Origin: Trypanosoma brucei
Taxonomy: Eukaryota
Length of the DNA stretch: 64,000 nucleotides
Direction of reading: 5' to 3'
NCBI GenBank assembly: GCA_000002445.1
Contig: AE017150.2
Location: 288,001-352,000 of the forward strand
Under the pieces are notes generated by a model. The model saw only the letters and a program-made list of their open reading frames with translations, did no database searches and had not been told where the DNA came from. Shown in pieces: positions 37,313 to 47,280 of the stretch (within the stretch, counting starts at the first letter, position 1; every line of letters starts with the position of its first letter). The translations under genes were made by a program, and so were the position numbers.

Positions 37313-37382
37313 TTCTTATGTTCTTTCCCTTTTTCTTTCCTTATTTTCTCTTATTTTCCCTTGTTATCTTTTGCATTTTAAG
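37313..37382 (+). promoter_or_regulatory. Polypyrimidine tract plus AG, a putative trans-splice acceptor for the downstream EGF-like gene
   Basis: A roughly 65-nt C/T-rich run (ttctttccctttttctttccttattttctcttattttcccttgttatcttttgc) is followed by AG at 37381-37382, 9 nt before the ATG. Confidence 0.5.
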
Positions 37383-37390
37383 TTATCGAA

Positions 37391-39799
37391 ATGAGTATTC
37401 TGTGGCTTACTTGTATCGTTGTAGTTGCAACAAATGTTGCTTCTGGTCGTGCTGCTATAGTGGGATATGAGACTGAGATTGTGCGTGCAGGTGATTTTAG
37501 CAAAGGTTCGTACCATTGGGCAAAATACATCGAAGGAACCGGACCGAATACCCGTCGCATATCTTCCTTTCGTGATGGAATTGTACACCATGAGGAACTC
37601 GGCTTCATGTCACCATTTTTTAGCAGTGATAACATAAGTTGGCATGTTTCACCATTTGGATTCCTAACGTCTCTATCGTTTCCCCCATGTTCATCATCTT
37701 GTGTGAGAACCACACTTCGCTCACTGCGTAAACAAAGTGAGCAACCCAAGAGCAGTGACCGTTTCTTGCCAATGATCGGAGTGTACGTTGCAGATTTTAG
37801 TCCTTTCACTAAAGTGTTTACTTTTAAAACGCGGTACCCAAACGATGAACGCGCAGAGAGTGGGGGATGCCACATAGTGGAATATAGAAGTATGCTGATG
37901 CATGGTTGCAGCTCCAGCGAAAAGAGTAGACTGAAAGCACAGGTGGAGGTTTGCTCTGACGGATTGATAGTGATGCGTTACAGAGAGGTGCCGAAGTGTG
38001 GTCCTGTTTCTGTGGGCATTGCATTGTCTGCAAGAGAGCAAAACTTTACATTTATCGACTCAGACCTTGAGGATATTGTTGCCATACGTTACAGCCCCGT
38101 CCACGACAACTGCAGTAAGTTCAGTACTAACCGAAGTTGCAATGATATGCACGGAAGGTGTAAGTGGCATGAGACTACGGACGAATGCGTGGATGAATCA
38201 GTCGCAAAAAGTAGATCTCCCCGCCGGACGCGCAGTGAATCAATACCAGCATCTAATGAATACTACGATCTAAAAGTCTCGCGCAGTTCCCGCAATGTAG
38301 ACTACGACGACCTCCAGAAGCACTTCAAATTGCTTACAGTGGGAAAAGTTGTTGGACTTGACCTAGGGTTTAGTTTCCCATTCTTTGCTAGGGATCAGCC
38401 GAATCTCCGCACGAATAGGGTGTACATACACTCATCTGGTGTAATTTCACTTTTTTCTGAGAAGCAAAACTGCAAGCCAGTCCGAAACATGTGCCCTAAT
38501 GGAGATTACAGCTTTGCCATTATGCCGTTTGTCACACCGCAGACTTGGGCGAGTAGAACGTCGGTTGAATACAGTCCACTTGGAAAACGGGTAAAGGGGG
38601 ATCCATTCTGTAATGATTCCCACTGTCTGGAGGGAATTGCCATTCGTGTATCAAGCCGGACGTACGACTTGTCCCTTCACAAATATCAACATATTGTATA
38701 CCTTGACCAAAGTGGCGCCATCGAGTTTCGATACAGTGAAGGTATTGAAACCTTTTTAGTGTTGACTGGTAAGGAGTTTTCTGCTGTTCCGCCACCATAC
38801 ATTGGAATATCTCGGTCCGGTATAAATGATAAAAACACCATTATTGTTCCTCCATCCCTTATAGGTGAGGACAAGCAGGTTCGTTTTGACACCTCACAGA
38901 GCTGCAGCCACTGTGGAGCCAATGGACGATGCGTCTCTCCAACAGGGAAATGTGAATGTTTTGAAGGGCATATTGGGAAGTTCTGTGAGGAGTGCTCTCC
39001 AGGCCATTACGGTCCGAGTTGTATTAAATGCCGGAAGTGCGAGAACGGAGGGACTTGTGACGACGGTAGAAAAGGATCTGGGGGGTGCAAATGCATGGGA
39101 ATGTTCAGTGGAGAGAATTGCACCACGAAGTGCGCCAATTCGTTTGACTGCAGTAATTGCAACCTCCATGGGGGGTACTGCGAATGCGGCACTTGCCATT
39201 GCTATGGAACGAATGGCTGGAGTGGAGAAAACTGCAGCGTTTTTCAAGACCCCTGCCAGCGACTGTCGTTTGGGGGTTGTAAGGTGTGCCTAAACGACAC
39301 GGCCAACGAATGTGCCTTCTGCAGCGATTGGATGTGTTATTCGAAGCGCTTGAAAGGGACAATGAATGAATACCATTGCCCCGGTAATATATTCGATGAG
39401 GACCCGTCACTTTGCTTACCCCTGCCGCAGCCGGATGCGCCAATGAAGGAAAACGGCATTGCTATACCTCTTGGTCTTTCATTGTGCGCTCTTTTTTTGG
39501 CCTGCGTTACGTTGATTCTACTCCGATTTGTCCTTTTGACGAGGGGAATCGTTAACTTTCTTGATGTGGGTGCTGCGGGAGGTGCCCCAAGTCATGTTCC
39601 CGCACGCCGCGAGAGAGAAGTGGTACAATTTACGTTCATACCGCGTGCAGCAGCGGAAGGAAAGAAGTATGTACTTGGGATTCCGCTGAAGCAGATACCA
39701 TTGCAAAAACTATACAATTATCAGGAGGCTCAGAGAGAACGACAGAACCAAAGTCAAGATAGTCCCTTTACTTTTACTCACTCATCTGACCGTGAGTGA
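37391..39799 (+). CDS. Type I membrane protein with laminin-type EGF-like cysteine-rich repeats (paralogue 2), 802 aa
   Basis: The architecture matches paralogue 1: a signal peptide, a conserved N-domain (WHVSPFGFL, VYIHSSGVISLFSEKQNC, AIMPFVTPQTW), EGF/PSI-like Cys modules, a TM helix and a conserved tail (GGAPSHVPARREREVVQ...GKKYVLGIPLKQIPLQKLY). Overall identity to paralogue 1 is about 35-40%. Confidence 0.85.
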   Translation: MSILWLTCIVVVATNVASGRAAIVGYETEIVRAGDFSKGSYHWAKYIEGTGPNTRRISSFRDGIVHHEELGFMSPFFSSDNISWHVSPFGFLTSLSFPPCSSSCVRTTLRSLRKQSEQPKSSDRFLPMIGVYVADFSPFTKVFTFKTRYPNDERAESGGCHIVEYRSMLMHGCSSSEKSRLKAQVEVCSDGLIVMRYREVPKCGPVSVGIALSAREQNFTFIDSDLEDIVAIRYSPVHDNCSKFSTNRSCNDMHGRCKWHETTDECVDESVAKSRSPRRTRSESIPASNEYYDLKVSRSSRNVDYDDLQKHFKLLTVGKVVGLDLGFSFPFFARDQPNLRTNRVYIHSSGVISLFSEKQNCKPVRNMCPNGDYSFAIMPFVTPQTWASRTSVEYSPLGKRVKGDPFCNDSHCLEGIAIRVSSRTYDLSLHKYQHIVYLDQSGAIEFRYSEGIETFLVLTGKEFSAVPPPYIGISRSGINDKNTIIVPPSLIGEDKQVRFDTSQSCSHCGANGRCVSPTGKCECFEGHIGKFCEECSPGHYGPSCIKCRKCENGGTCDDGRKGSGGCKCMGMFSGENCTTKCANSFDCSNCNLHGGYCECGTCHCYGTNGWSGENCSVFQDPCQRLSFGGCKVCLNDTANECAFCSDWMCYSKRLKGTMNEYHCPGNIFDEDPSLCLPLPQPDAPMKENGIAIPLGLSLCALFLACVTLILLRFVLLTRGIVNFLDVGAAGGAPSHVPARREREVVQFTFIPRAAAEGKKYVLGIPLKQIPLQKLYNYQEAQRERQNQSQDSPFTFTHSSDRE

Positions 39800-40687
39800 T
39801 AAAGTTTCCCGTGTCTCTTTTATTGTGCAATGAATCCTCGCAATGCTTCACGGCATGATTTGTGGGAGTCTCAGCCGAAATGTTGCGACCTGTGAGTGGC
39901 CCCCGTAATCTGCGGTTTTCTGTTCAACGGGAGTGTAACTAATCCCAACGTTGTGTGGTTTTATTTATTTTTTACATCTCTTTTTAACCCTCCGCTGCTT
40001 TCTGCAGAAGATGCACTCGGGACTCGTTTAGTTTGGTCTAACCACCTTTCTTTCTCTTTTTTACTTTGTTCCCCTTTACTTACTTTTGTTTGATTGTATC
40101 GGCTACAGATGGTGACACCTCCTCTCAATGTATTTAGCGGGAGTGCGGTGCTACCTTCTTTTTGATGATGACTGGTACTTACACACATGGTAGCTGGCCA
40201 TAGGCTTGTTGTTAGGGTGTAATTTCCATGACGAGCGGCTATTGTTAAATTCACCTTCCTGTCCATTTTTTTTCTCATCAATTCACTCAACTGTTGGCTT
40301 TCTTTCCTTTTTGCAAAATCCGTTGTGTGTACAGACTCACTCCCACACTTCTTATGTTCTTTCCCTTTTTCTTTCCTTATTTTCTCTTATTTTCCCTTGT
40401 TATCTTTTGCATTTTAAGTTATCGAAATGAATATTCTGTGGCTTACTTGTATCGTTGTAGTTGCAACAAATGTTGCTTCTGGTCGTGCTGCTATAGTGGG
40501 ATATGAGACTGAGATTGTGCGTGCAGGTGATGTTAGCAAAGGTTCGTACCATTGGGCAAAATACATCGAAGGAACCGGACCGAATACCCGTCGCATATCT
40601 TCCTTTCGTGATGGAATTGTACACCATGAGGAACTCGGCTTCATGTCACCATTTTTTAGCAGTGATAACATAAGTTGGCATGTGACT
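39731..40687 (+). repeat. Downstream copy of the roughly 955-bp direct repeat
   Basis: See the entry for 36697-37651. Confidence 0.9.
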
Positions 40688-40705
40688 ACTCCCTTCAGTG
40701 AATGA
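40427..40705 (+). pseudogene. Truncated 5' fragment (92 codons) of an EGF-like membrane protein gene
   Basis: This copies the first about 87 codons of 37391-39799 with three substitutions (S2N, F36V, and divergence after WHV). Homology ends at about 40687 and a stop follows. Confidence 0.75.
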
Positions 40706-40957
40706 CATTGACGGCACGGGCTGATAAAGGTAATTTGACGTAATCTATGTAATATGAGGAGGGCATCTATACATATGTGGTTCCGTTTCAGGAAGGAGGG
40801 AAGATGAGGGGAGGGGGCGCTATGTTTGCTGATATATAATTGTTTTGTTGATAACTTTCCTTATGTCATTGTTTTTTTTTTCTCATGTTGAGAGTAGTAT
40901 TTGTTTTTTTTTTGTTTTTAAATATATTTATTACTTTTGTAACCTTGTCAAGTGTAG

Positions 40958-42346
40958 TTGGGCCGACCCATTGGTGCGATGCGTCGTCACCGCGTGGCGG
41001 TGGTTTCGGACTTTTTCTACCCGGGGTTTGGTGGTGTGGAGGTGCACATTTATAGTTTGGGGCAGTGTCTTATGCGTAGGGGCCACAAGGTTATTGTCAT
41101 TACTAGGGCTTACGGTGACACATGTGGTGTGCGGTATTTGACGAATGGAATGAAGGTGTATTATTTACCTCTGATGGCTGTTAAGCTTCCTGCGGGATCT
41201 GTTACGCTTCCAACCATGTATTTGACTTTCGCAACAATGCGGTCTATATTCATCCGAGAGCGCATTACAGTTGTTCACGGGCACCAAAACACGTCGAACC
41301 TCTGCCATGAGGCACTATTTCATGCCGGTACGCTGGGTCTTAAAACGTGTTTTACCGACCACTCGCTGTTTGGTTTTGCGGACGTGTCATCGATTCACAT
41401 CAACAAAGTGTGCGAGTGGAGTTTGCGCAACGTTGACCAGGTTATTTGTGTGAGTAACACCTCGAGAGAAAACACGGTGCTACGGGCGAAAATCGATCCG
41501 CAACGTGTCAGCGTTATACCAAACGCGACTGATTGTTCCTTTTTTACACCGCCGGATGATATGAAGTACAAATCATGGGCGTCGAAGGTTGAGAATGAGG
41601 GGCTAACGATTGTTGTGATTGGTCGCTTAGTTTACCGTAAGGGTTCTGACCTTTTTGTGGATGTGATTCCTGAAATATGCAAACGGCATCCGAACATAAG
41701 GTGGATTGTTGGGGGTGATGGTCCCCGTAGGTCGCAGTTTCAACAGATGATTGAACGGCATGACTTGATGGATCGTGTGAAGATGTTAGGTTCGCTACCT
41801 CACTCTGGGGTGCGTAATGTGCTGATACAGGGGCAAATATTTCTGAATTGCAGCTTAACTGAAGCTTTTTGTATCGCACTGATTGAGGCCGCATCATGTG
41901 GTTTGTTATGTGTTTCCACTCGTGTTGGTGGTGTGCCTGAAGTCCTGCCTCCCAACATGCTCTTGCTTGCGGAACCCGATCCATCTTCCATCATTACAAC
42001 ACTGGAGGAAGCTATTGCCAGTGTTCCATATATTTCTCCGTGGGAGCTGCACGACAATGTGAGGAGGTTCTATAGGTGGGATTGGGTTGCAGAGCGTACA
42101 GAGAGAGTGTATGATAAGATTATGTGCACCAAATCACCGTCTCTGTATGAAAGACTAATGAACTATGCATCGGTGGGCTGCGTGTACGGTGTCATTTGTT
42201 GGTTGTTGTGTATTGGTGACTGGTTGATGCTAACTTTTCTGGAGTTTTGGTTTCCGTCGGAGTTGATTGATATTGCACCAGATTTTCCACTGGAGTTGTA
42301 CTCTCGTAACCGGGAGAAGCTTCAAGTTGTGGGAAGCCCATCCTGA
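40958..42346 (+). CDS. GPI3: Phosphatidylinositol N-acetylglucosaminyltransferase catalytic subunit (PIG-A/GPI3), the first step of GPI anchor synthesis
   Basis: The GT4 PIG-A signature VVSDFFYPGFGGVEVHIYSLGQCLMRRGHKVIVIT is present near the N-terminus. There is a C-terminal hydrophobic region. The start codon could instead be the internal Met at codon 8. Confidence 0.85.
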   Translation: MGRPIGAMRRHRVAVVSDFFYPGFGGVEVHIYSLGQCLMRRGHKVIVITRAYGDTCGVRYLTNGMKVYYLPLMAVKLPAGSVTLPTMYLTFATMRSIFIRERITVVHGHQNTSNLCHEALFHAGTLGLKTCFTDHSLFGFADVSSIHINKVCEWSLRNVDQVICVSNTSRENTVLRAKIDPQRVSVIPNATDCSFFTPPDDMKYKSWASKVENEGLTIVVIGRLVYRKGSDLFVDVIPEICKRHPNIRWIVGGDGPRRSQFQQMIERHDLMDRVKMLGSLPHSGVRNVLIQGQIFLNCSLTEAFCIALIEAASCGLLCVSTRVGGVPEVLPPNMLLLAEPDPSSIITTLEEAIASVPYISPWELHDNVRRFYRWDWVAERTERVYDKIMCTKSPSLYERLMNYASVGCVYGVICWLLCIGDWLMLTFLEFWFPSELIDIAPDFPLELYSRNREKLQVVGSPS

Positions 42347-42689
42347 GGGTATGGGCGGGGTCCTCTCTACCGCGATCCTTTTTGTTTTCGCCCTTCTCTC
42401 TCTCTCTCTGTCATTGTTTCGCGTTGAACCTTAAAGGGTGGGGGAAATAAAAAAAAAAGAAAATATTACCGCAACTCTTTTTTTTTTTTTGGGTAGTTTT
42501 TCTTTCCCTCTCATCCATCCCCATTTTGTTCTGTTTTGGCGTGTCCTTTGCAATAACTCCAATGCCCTTGCGCGCCGTTACGTCTGATATTATAATAATG
42601 ATAATGATTAACCCTCCTCCTTTCTACCTTTTTTTTTATTTTTCACTGTTGCTCATTCCTACGGGGCCGTCTCGGAGACTCTAGCATTA

Positions 42690-42791
42690 TCCGTCCCCTC
42701 CTTTTGAGTCTCTCTTTCTTTCTTTCTCTCTTTGTCTGTGTCTGTCTTTGTGTGTTTGTATCTGCTCGCTTTCATTCTTTCTCGCCCTGAA
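42690..42791 (+). promoter_or_regulatory. Polypyrimidine tract plus AG upstream of the small ORF at 42815
   Basis: The run ctctttctttctttctctctttgtctgtgtctgtctttgtgtgtttgtatctgctcgctttcattctttctcgccctg is followed by AG at 42790-42791. Confidence 0.45.
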
Positions 42792-42814
42792 GCGGCGCTG
42801 AACCAAATGCAACC

Positions 42815-43162
42815 ATGAAGCACATGCCATTCAGAGAGATTGCGCAATTGTGCTGTCGTCTGCAGTCGAGTCAAGGCAACGACACCCGCATTCAAAGTGC
42901 CGTAATTGATTCAATTCGCTCACAGGTGCTGGACGGTAGCACGCTTCCGCTAGTTATGCAGCGGCTGGTGAAGGACGGAAACTGGAAACTTGCGTTATGT
43001 GTTATTAAAAGCCATCACTTAGACAAGGCTGGAATTAGGCGAGATCATAATATTTGGCCCATTATGGAGCGTGCAGCACCCTGCGATGAGAGCCGCAGTG
43101 CAATGCGGAAGGCACTCATAACTTTGTTTGCCTCGACATGTTGTTTTCACAGGCGGAGCTAA
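42815..43162 (+). CDS. Hypothetical small protein, 115 aa
   Basis: This is an ORF in the unit orientation, preceded by a strong polypyrimidine/AG signal. I found no recognisable motifs. Confidence 0.4.
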   Translation: MKHMPFREIAQLCCRLQSSQGNDTRIQSAVIDSIRSQVLDGSTLPLVMQRLVKDGNWKLALCVIKSHHLDKAGIRRDHNIWPIMERAAPCDESRSAMRKALITLFASTCCFHRRS

Positions 43163-43631
43163 TGTGGTGGGTTGCACCGTTTGGAGTTAACGGGACTACG
43201 TGTGATAGATGCTGCACATGCATCACAATTTCCCTGTTGACGTTTGTCTCATCACTCTTTTTTTTTCCTACTAAAGCTGCTGCTATGTTTACGGTCGTAT
43301 AGTGTTGTTTTCCTACTTGTACGACATACGCATACAGATACACACATATGTTTATATATATATATATATTTGTTTATTTATTGAATATCAGTTACAAAAT
43401 TCTGATTCTTCTCCCCCCATTTTATTTTTTTAGGTTTGTGCCACTGGGAGGAGACGGTGCTGACTTCGTTCGTCTGTGCGAGGTGCTGGTGTCATATATA
43501 CTTGAGTTTATTTTGTCTTTTGGCAAACACCGTTGTTTACCTTGCAGTACCCTGAGCATTACTGCGTCAAGTAAAGGCCCGGCTCGCACTTAAACACAGC
43601 TCGTGTGTGCGTGTGTGCGTGAGAGGAAAGA

Positions 43632-46600
43632 GTGAGGGGAGGAACAGAAAGGCGAAAAGGGTTGTATAGTGCAGCAAGCCACAACATAAGAATCCAGCGA
43701 ATGACTGATTCACCTGATCTCTCTCGCCCACCTGTGCCACCCGATTACCTTCAGAGCGACTTACTCTTTCAACTGCTCGACTGCTGTCAAACTCAAGGCA
43801 GTCCCCATGGCATAGTTTCAACTGTTAAACACGAGGATGTCCCAATCGTGCGTATTTACGGCGTGACCAAGGAGGGTCACAGTGTTCTTGTACACTGCTA
43901 CAACTTTGAACCCCATCTGTGGATTCGTGCCCCCAATCGGTGGCTTGACGTATACTCGAAAACGTTCGTGCAAGAGTTAAACGCTAGTTTGGACCCGCTA
44001 ACTCACGTGTCCAACACAGTGGTGCGCATCGAGAGGCACAAGCGCAGGAGCCTCATGTATTACAATCCGGATGGTGAATGTGATTACCTTAAGGTTATTG
44101 TTCAGCTCCCACAGCACATTCCAAGGTTGCGCACGCTTCTTTCCTCTGGCGTGATGTGTGTCGGTGCGTGGGAAGGGCTACGTGCGTTTCCGACATTTGA
44201 AAGCAACGTCATTTTCCCGTTGCGCTTTATGGTAGATGGCAATATTGGAGGTTGCAACTGGATTACTGTCCCAGCGGGCCAGTTTCACCTGTTCAGCCCA
44301 CGTACTTCGACTTGTCAGATTGAGGTCTGTTGTTCTCATGAAGTGCTGCAGAGTCACGAAGCGGTTGGAGATTACCTTTTAATTGCTCCCTTCAGGATCC
44401 TTTCTATTGATATTGAATGTGAGGGGAGAAAAGGCCTCTTTCCTGAGGCTGAGAGGGACCCTGTTATTCAAATCGCTAATCACTGCGTCAATTACGGCAA
44501 GGAGGAGGATGCTCTTACGCGAACTATCTTCACGCTCAAGAGTTGTGGAGCTATTGCCGGTGCTAATGTGTGCTCGTTTGAGACTGAAGAAGAGATGCTC
44601 GTGCAATGGGCTCGCTTCGTCAAGAGAATTGACCCCGATTTTCTCACTGGCTATAACATATGCAATTTCGATTTCCCGTATCTTCTTTCCCGTGGAATCA
44701 CGCTGAAGGTGAATGACAGCTTTTTCTACTGGGGGAGGCAACTCAACGAGCGGACAGTGCATCGTGAAAAGAAGTTCCTCTCACGACAACTGGGGAATCG
44801 TGAATATACGGAATTGACGATGGAGGGCCGTGTTGTCATGGACGTGATGGCTGTCATACAGCGTGACTATAAGCTGCGCGCCTACTCTCTCAATGCTGTC
44901 TCGCAACACTTCCTGGGGGAGCAGAAGGAGGACGTTCACCACTCCATCATTTCGGATCTTCAGCAGGGAAATGATGAGACACGGCGGCGCCTGGCAGTGT
45001 ATTGCCTAAAAGATGCCTATTTACCGGTTAAGCTTTTAGAACGACTGATGGTTGTGGTAAATAATGTGGAGATGGCCCGTGTGACGGGTGTACCGATTGG
45101 TTGGCTACTGGAACGCGGTCAACAAATTAAGGTTTTCTCCATGTTGTTGCGTAAGGCGCGGGCAAGAAATTTTGTGGTCCCCACGGTGGAAACTACAGGA
45201 GCTGAACAGCGTCGTTACGAAGGCGCTACCGTCATCGAGCCTAAGAAGGGGCACTACATTGAGCCAATTGTTACATTGGACTTTGCCTCACTCTACCCTT
45301 CCATCATCATTGCTCACAACTTGTGTTACTCAACGCTGCTTCCTGGGCATGAGGTGAACAATTACGAGTCAGGGATGAAGGAAGACACCCCCACGGAACA
45401 CAAGTTTATCCGGAAGGAGGTTTTCCCCGGTGTGTTGCCCGAAGTCCTGCGGGATCTGCTTGCCGCTCGAAGGCAGGCCCGAGCGCTAATGAAGGATGTT
45501 TCGCAGGACTCTCTTGAATACAAGGTTCTTAACGGCCGTCAGCTGGCGCTGAAGGTGAGCGCTAATTCTGTCTACGGATTCACTGGCGCCCAGGTGGGTA
45601 GGTTGCCGTGTTTAGAGTTGAGTGCGACTGTGACGAGCTACGGGCGAAGGATGATTGAGGAGACAAAGCAGTTCGTAGAGAAGAAATACGTGGGAGCGGA
45701 GGTGATTTATGGTGATACTGACTCTGTTATGATTCGATGCGTTATAAATGCCGATGAAAGTGACACCAATAAATTGCAACAGGCGATGGATTTTGGAAAG
45801 GAAGCTGCGGAGGCTGTGTCCAGCACCTTTCCGGACCCCATCAGGTTGGAATTCGAAAAAGTGTACTACCCTTTCTTACTAATGAATAAGAAGCGCTACG
45901 CTGGGTTGCTATGGACCAACACCGTGCGGTACGACAAGTTGGATGCAAAGGGAATAGAGACCGTTCGTCGGGACAGTTGCCCGCTTGTCGCCAGCGTCAT
46001 CTCCGGAGTGCTTAACCGAATGCTGATTCAGCGCTCCGTAGAGAGTGCGGTGGAGTTTGTGAAGGGAACGATTCGCGATCTCCTACATAACCGACTCGAC
46101 ATCTCGCAGCTGGTCATCACGAAGTCTTTCTCCAAGTCTGAGTCCGAGTACGCTGGAGCACAGGCCCATATTGCCCTGGTGGAGCGCATGCGAAGGCGAG
46201 ACCCCGCTTCTGCCCCGAACGTTGGTGACCGCGTGGCGTATGTGATTGTCCGCGCCGCCAAGGGGGCCAAGGCGTATGAGCGCAGTGAGGATCCCATATA
46301 CGTGCTGGAAAACAACATTCCTATCGATACGCAGCATTACCTTGAGCACCAACTCGGGCCTCCGCTCCTTCGTGTTTTTGAGGGTGTTCTTCAGGACCCG
46401 AGCGTGTTGACGAAGGGAGATCACACGCGGTACGTTTCTGTTTCGGCTCCGAACAGGAACGCAGGGGGGCTGATGAAGTTTGTGAAGTTTCAACTCCAGT
46501 GCATTTCTTGTCGTTCTGTAATACAGGAAGGGGCCCTGTGCGATGCGTGCAGCGTTATGGGTCCCGACATTTATGGGAAGATTGTAGCGAAGCGCAATCA

Positions 46601-46781
46601 CTACGAGGCTGTTTATTCACAGGTATGGACACAGTGCCAACAATGTCAGGGATCACTGAATCAAGAGGTAATTTGCACGAGTAGAGATTGCCCCGTGTTT
46701 TACCTGAGGAAGAAAGTTCAGAAAGATGTGCATGAGCAGCAAACACTCCTGGATCGCTTCGGTGTAGTGGACGATTGGTGA
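43632..46781 (+). CDS. DNA polymerase delta catalytic subunit (family B polymerase)
   Basis: Exonuclease motifs are present: FDIECEG (Exo I), YNICNFDFPYLL (Exo II) and YCLKDAYL (Exo III). Polymerase motifs are present: DFASLYPSIIIAHN (A), KVSANSVYGFTG (B) and YGDTDSVM (C). The C-terminal CysA/CysB zinc modules are present (CISCRSV...CDAC; CQQCQG...CTSRDCPVFY). The true start may be the downstream Met at 43701 (MTDSP...), which would give 1026 aa. Confidence 0.92.
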   Translation: MRGGTERRKGLYSAASHNIRIQRMTDSPDLSRPPVPPDYLQSDLLFQLLDCCQTQGSPHGIVSTVKHEDVPIVRIYGVTKEGHSVLVHCYNFEPHLWIRAPNRWLDVYSKTFVQELNASLDPLTHVSNTVVRIERHKRRSLMYYNPDGECDYLKVIVQLPQHIPRLRTLLSSGVMCVGAWEGLRAFPTFESNVIFPLRFMVDGNIGGCNWITVPAGQFHLFSPRTSTCQIEVCCSHEVLQSHEAVGDYLLIAPFRILSIDIECEGRKGLFPEAERDPVIQIANHCVNYGKEEDALTRTIFTLKSCGAIAGANVCSFETEEEMLVQWARFVKRIDPDFLTGYNICNFDFPYLLSRGITLKVNDSFFYWGRQLNERTVHREKKFLSRQLGNREYTELTMEGRVVMDVMAVIQRDYKLRAYSLNAVSQHFLGEQKEDVHHSIISDLQQGNDETRRRLAVYCLKDAYLPVKLLERLMVVVNNVEMARVTGVPIGWLLERGQQIKVFSMLLRKARARNFVVPTVETTGAEQRRYEGATVIEPKKGHYIEPIVTLDFASLYPSIIIAHNLCYSTLLPGHEVNNYESGMKEDTPTEHKFIRKEVFPGVLPEVLRDLLAARRQARALMKDVSQDSLEYKVLNGRQLALKVSANSVYGFTGAQVGRLPCLELSATVTSYGRRMIEETKQFVEKKYVGAEVIYGDTDSVMIRCVINADESDTNKLQQAMDFGKEAAEAVSSTFPDPIRLEFEKVYYPFLLMNKKRYAGLLWTNTVRYDKLDAKGIETVRRDSCPLVASVISGVLNRMLIQRSVESAVEFVKGTIRDLLHNRLDISQLVITKSFSKSESEYAGAQAHIALVERMRRRDPASAPNVGDRVAYVIVRAAKGAKAYERSEDPIYVLENNIPIDTQHYLEHQLGPPLLRVFEGVLQDPSVLTKGDHTRYVSVSAPNRNAGGLMKFVKFQLQCISCRSVIQEGALCDACSVMGPDIYGKIVAKRNHYEAVYSQVWTQCQQCQGSLNQEVICTSRDCPVFYLRKKVQKDVHEQQTLLDRFGVVDDW

Positions 46782-46826
46782 CAATTTCATTCGAGTGCTT
46801 TTCCATTTATACCCCTTCACCGCATA

Positions 46827-46828
<2 letters not shown>

Positions 46829-46873
<45 letters not shown>
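46829..46873. repeat. (TA)n microsatellite, about 22 units, in the 3' flank of the polymerase delta gene
   Basis: Read directly from the sequence. Confidence 0.9.
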
Positions 46874-46876
<3 letters not shown>

Positions 46877-47280
46877 TGTATGCGCGTGTATGTGTGTGGG
46901 CTCGTCACCTTCAGGTCCGCTCAGTTTTACCACTTTGTCTCTGTTTGGTCTGTTGATGTTGGACCACGATAGAAAAGTACCAGTGCTGTTGGGCCACCTT
47001 CCATTTATTTATTTTTTTCCTTTCTCCTTCGACACTTTACAACATCCTCTTAATCGGGGAGCTTGCATGCTTGTGTGTGCGCGCGCGCCGAGCATCAAAG
47101 TATGCGTTTACTGACATAAATGAGGGCGCAGGTGAGAGAGGGGCGGTGTGCAATCGTGTGCTGCGTCCATCCGCTGGTGGAATATATATTCATATATATA
47201 AGGTTGCATGCCGGTACAACAGCAAGGGGAAATGGCGGGCCTATGACTGCTCTAATTTTTTTCCCGGTAGTTGCTGTGAA

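Larger units (their letters stand above)
36697..37651 (+). repeat. Upstream copy of a roughly 955-bp direct repeat: last about 95 bp of the EGF-like CDS, the intergenic region and the first about 260 bp of the CDS
   Basis: This copy is about 99% identical to 39731-40687. The differences are a tt insertion in 'gtctct(tt)attgtg', one c/g change, and three substitutions in the coding head. Confidence 0.9.

Noticed and set aside
43632-43700. First 23 codons (MRGGTERRKGLYSAASHNIRIQR) of the polymerase delta ORF as the true N-terminus
   Set aside because: They are probably 5' UTR read-through. The downstream Met at 43701 (MTDSPDLS...) gives a family-typical length. I did not split it into a separate feature because the spliced-leader site is unknown.
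46083-46601. 172-aa minus-strand ORF inside the DNA polymerase delta gene, with similar antisense ORFs inside ISWI (47778-48254) and the kinase (52282-52955)
   Set aside because: They are antisense to strongly supported conserved genes. Trypanosome polycistronic units are unidirectional.
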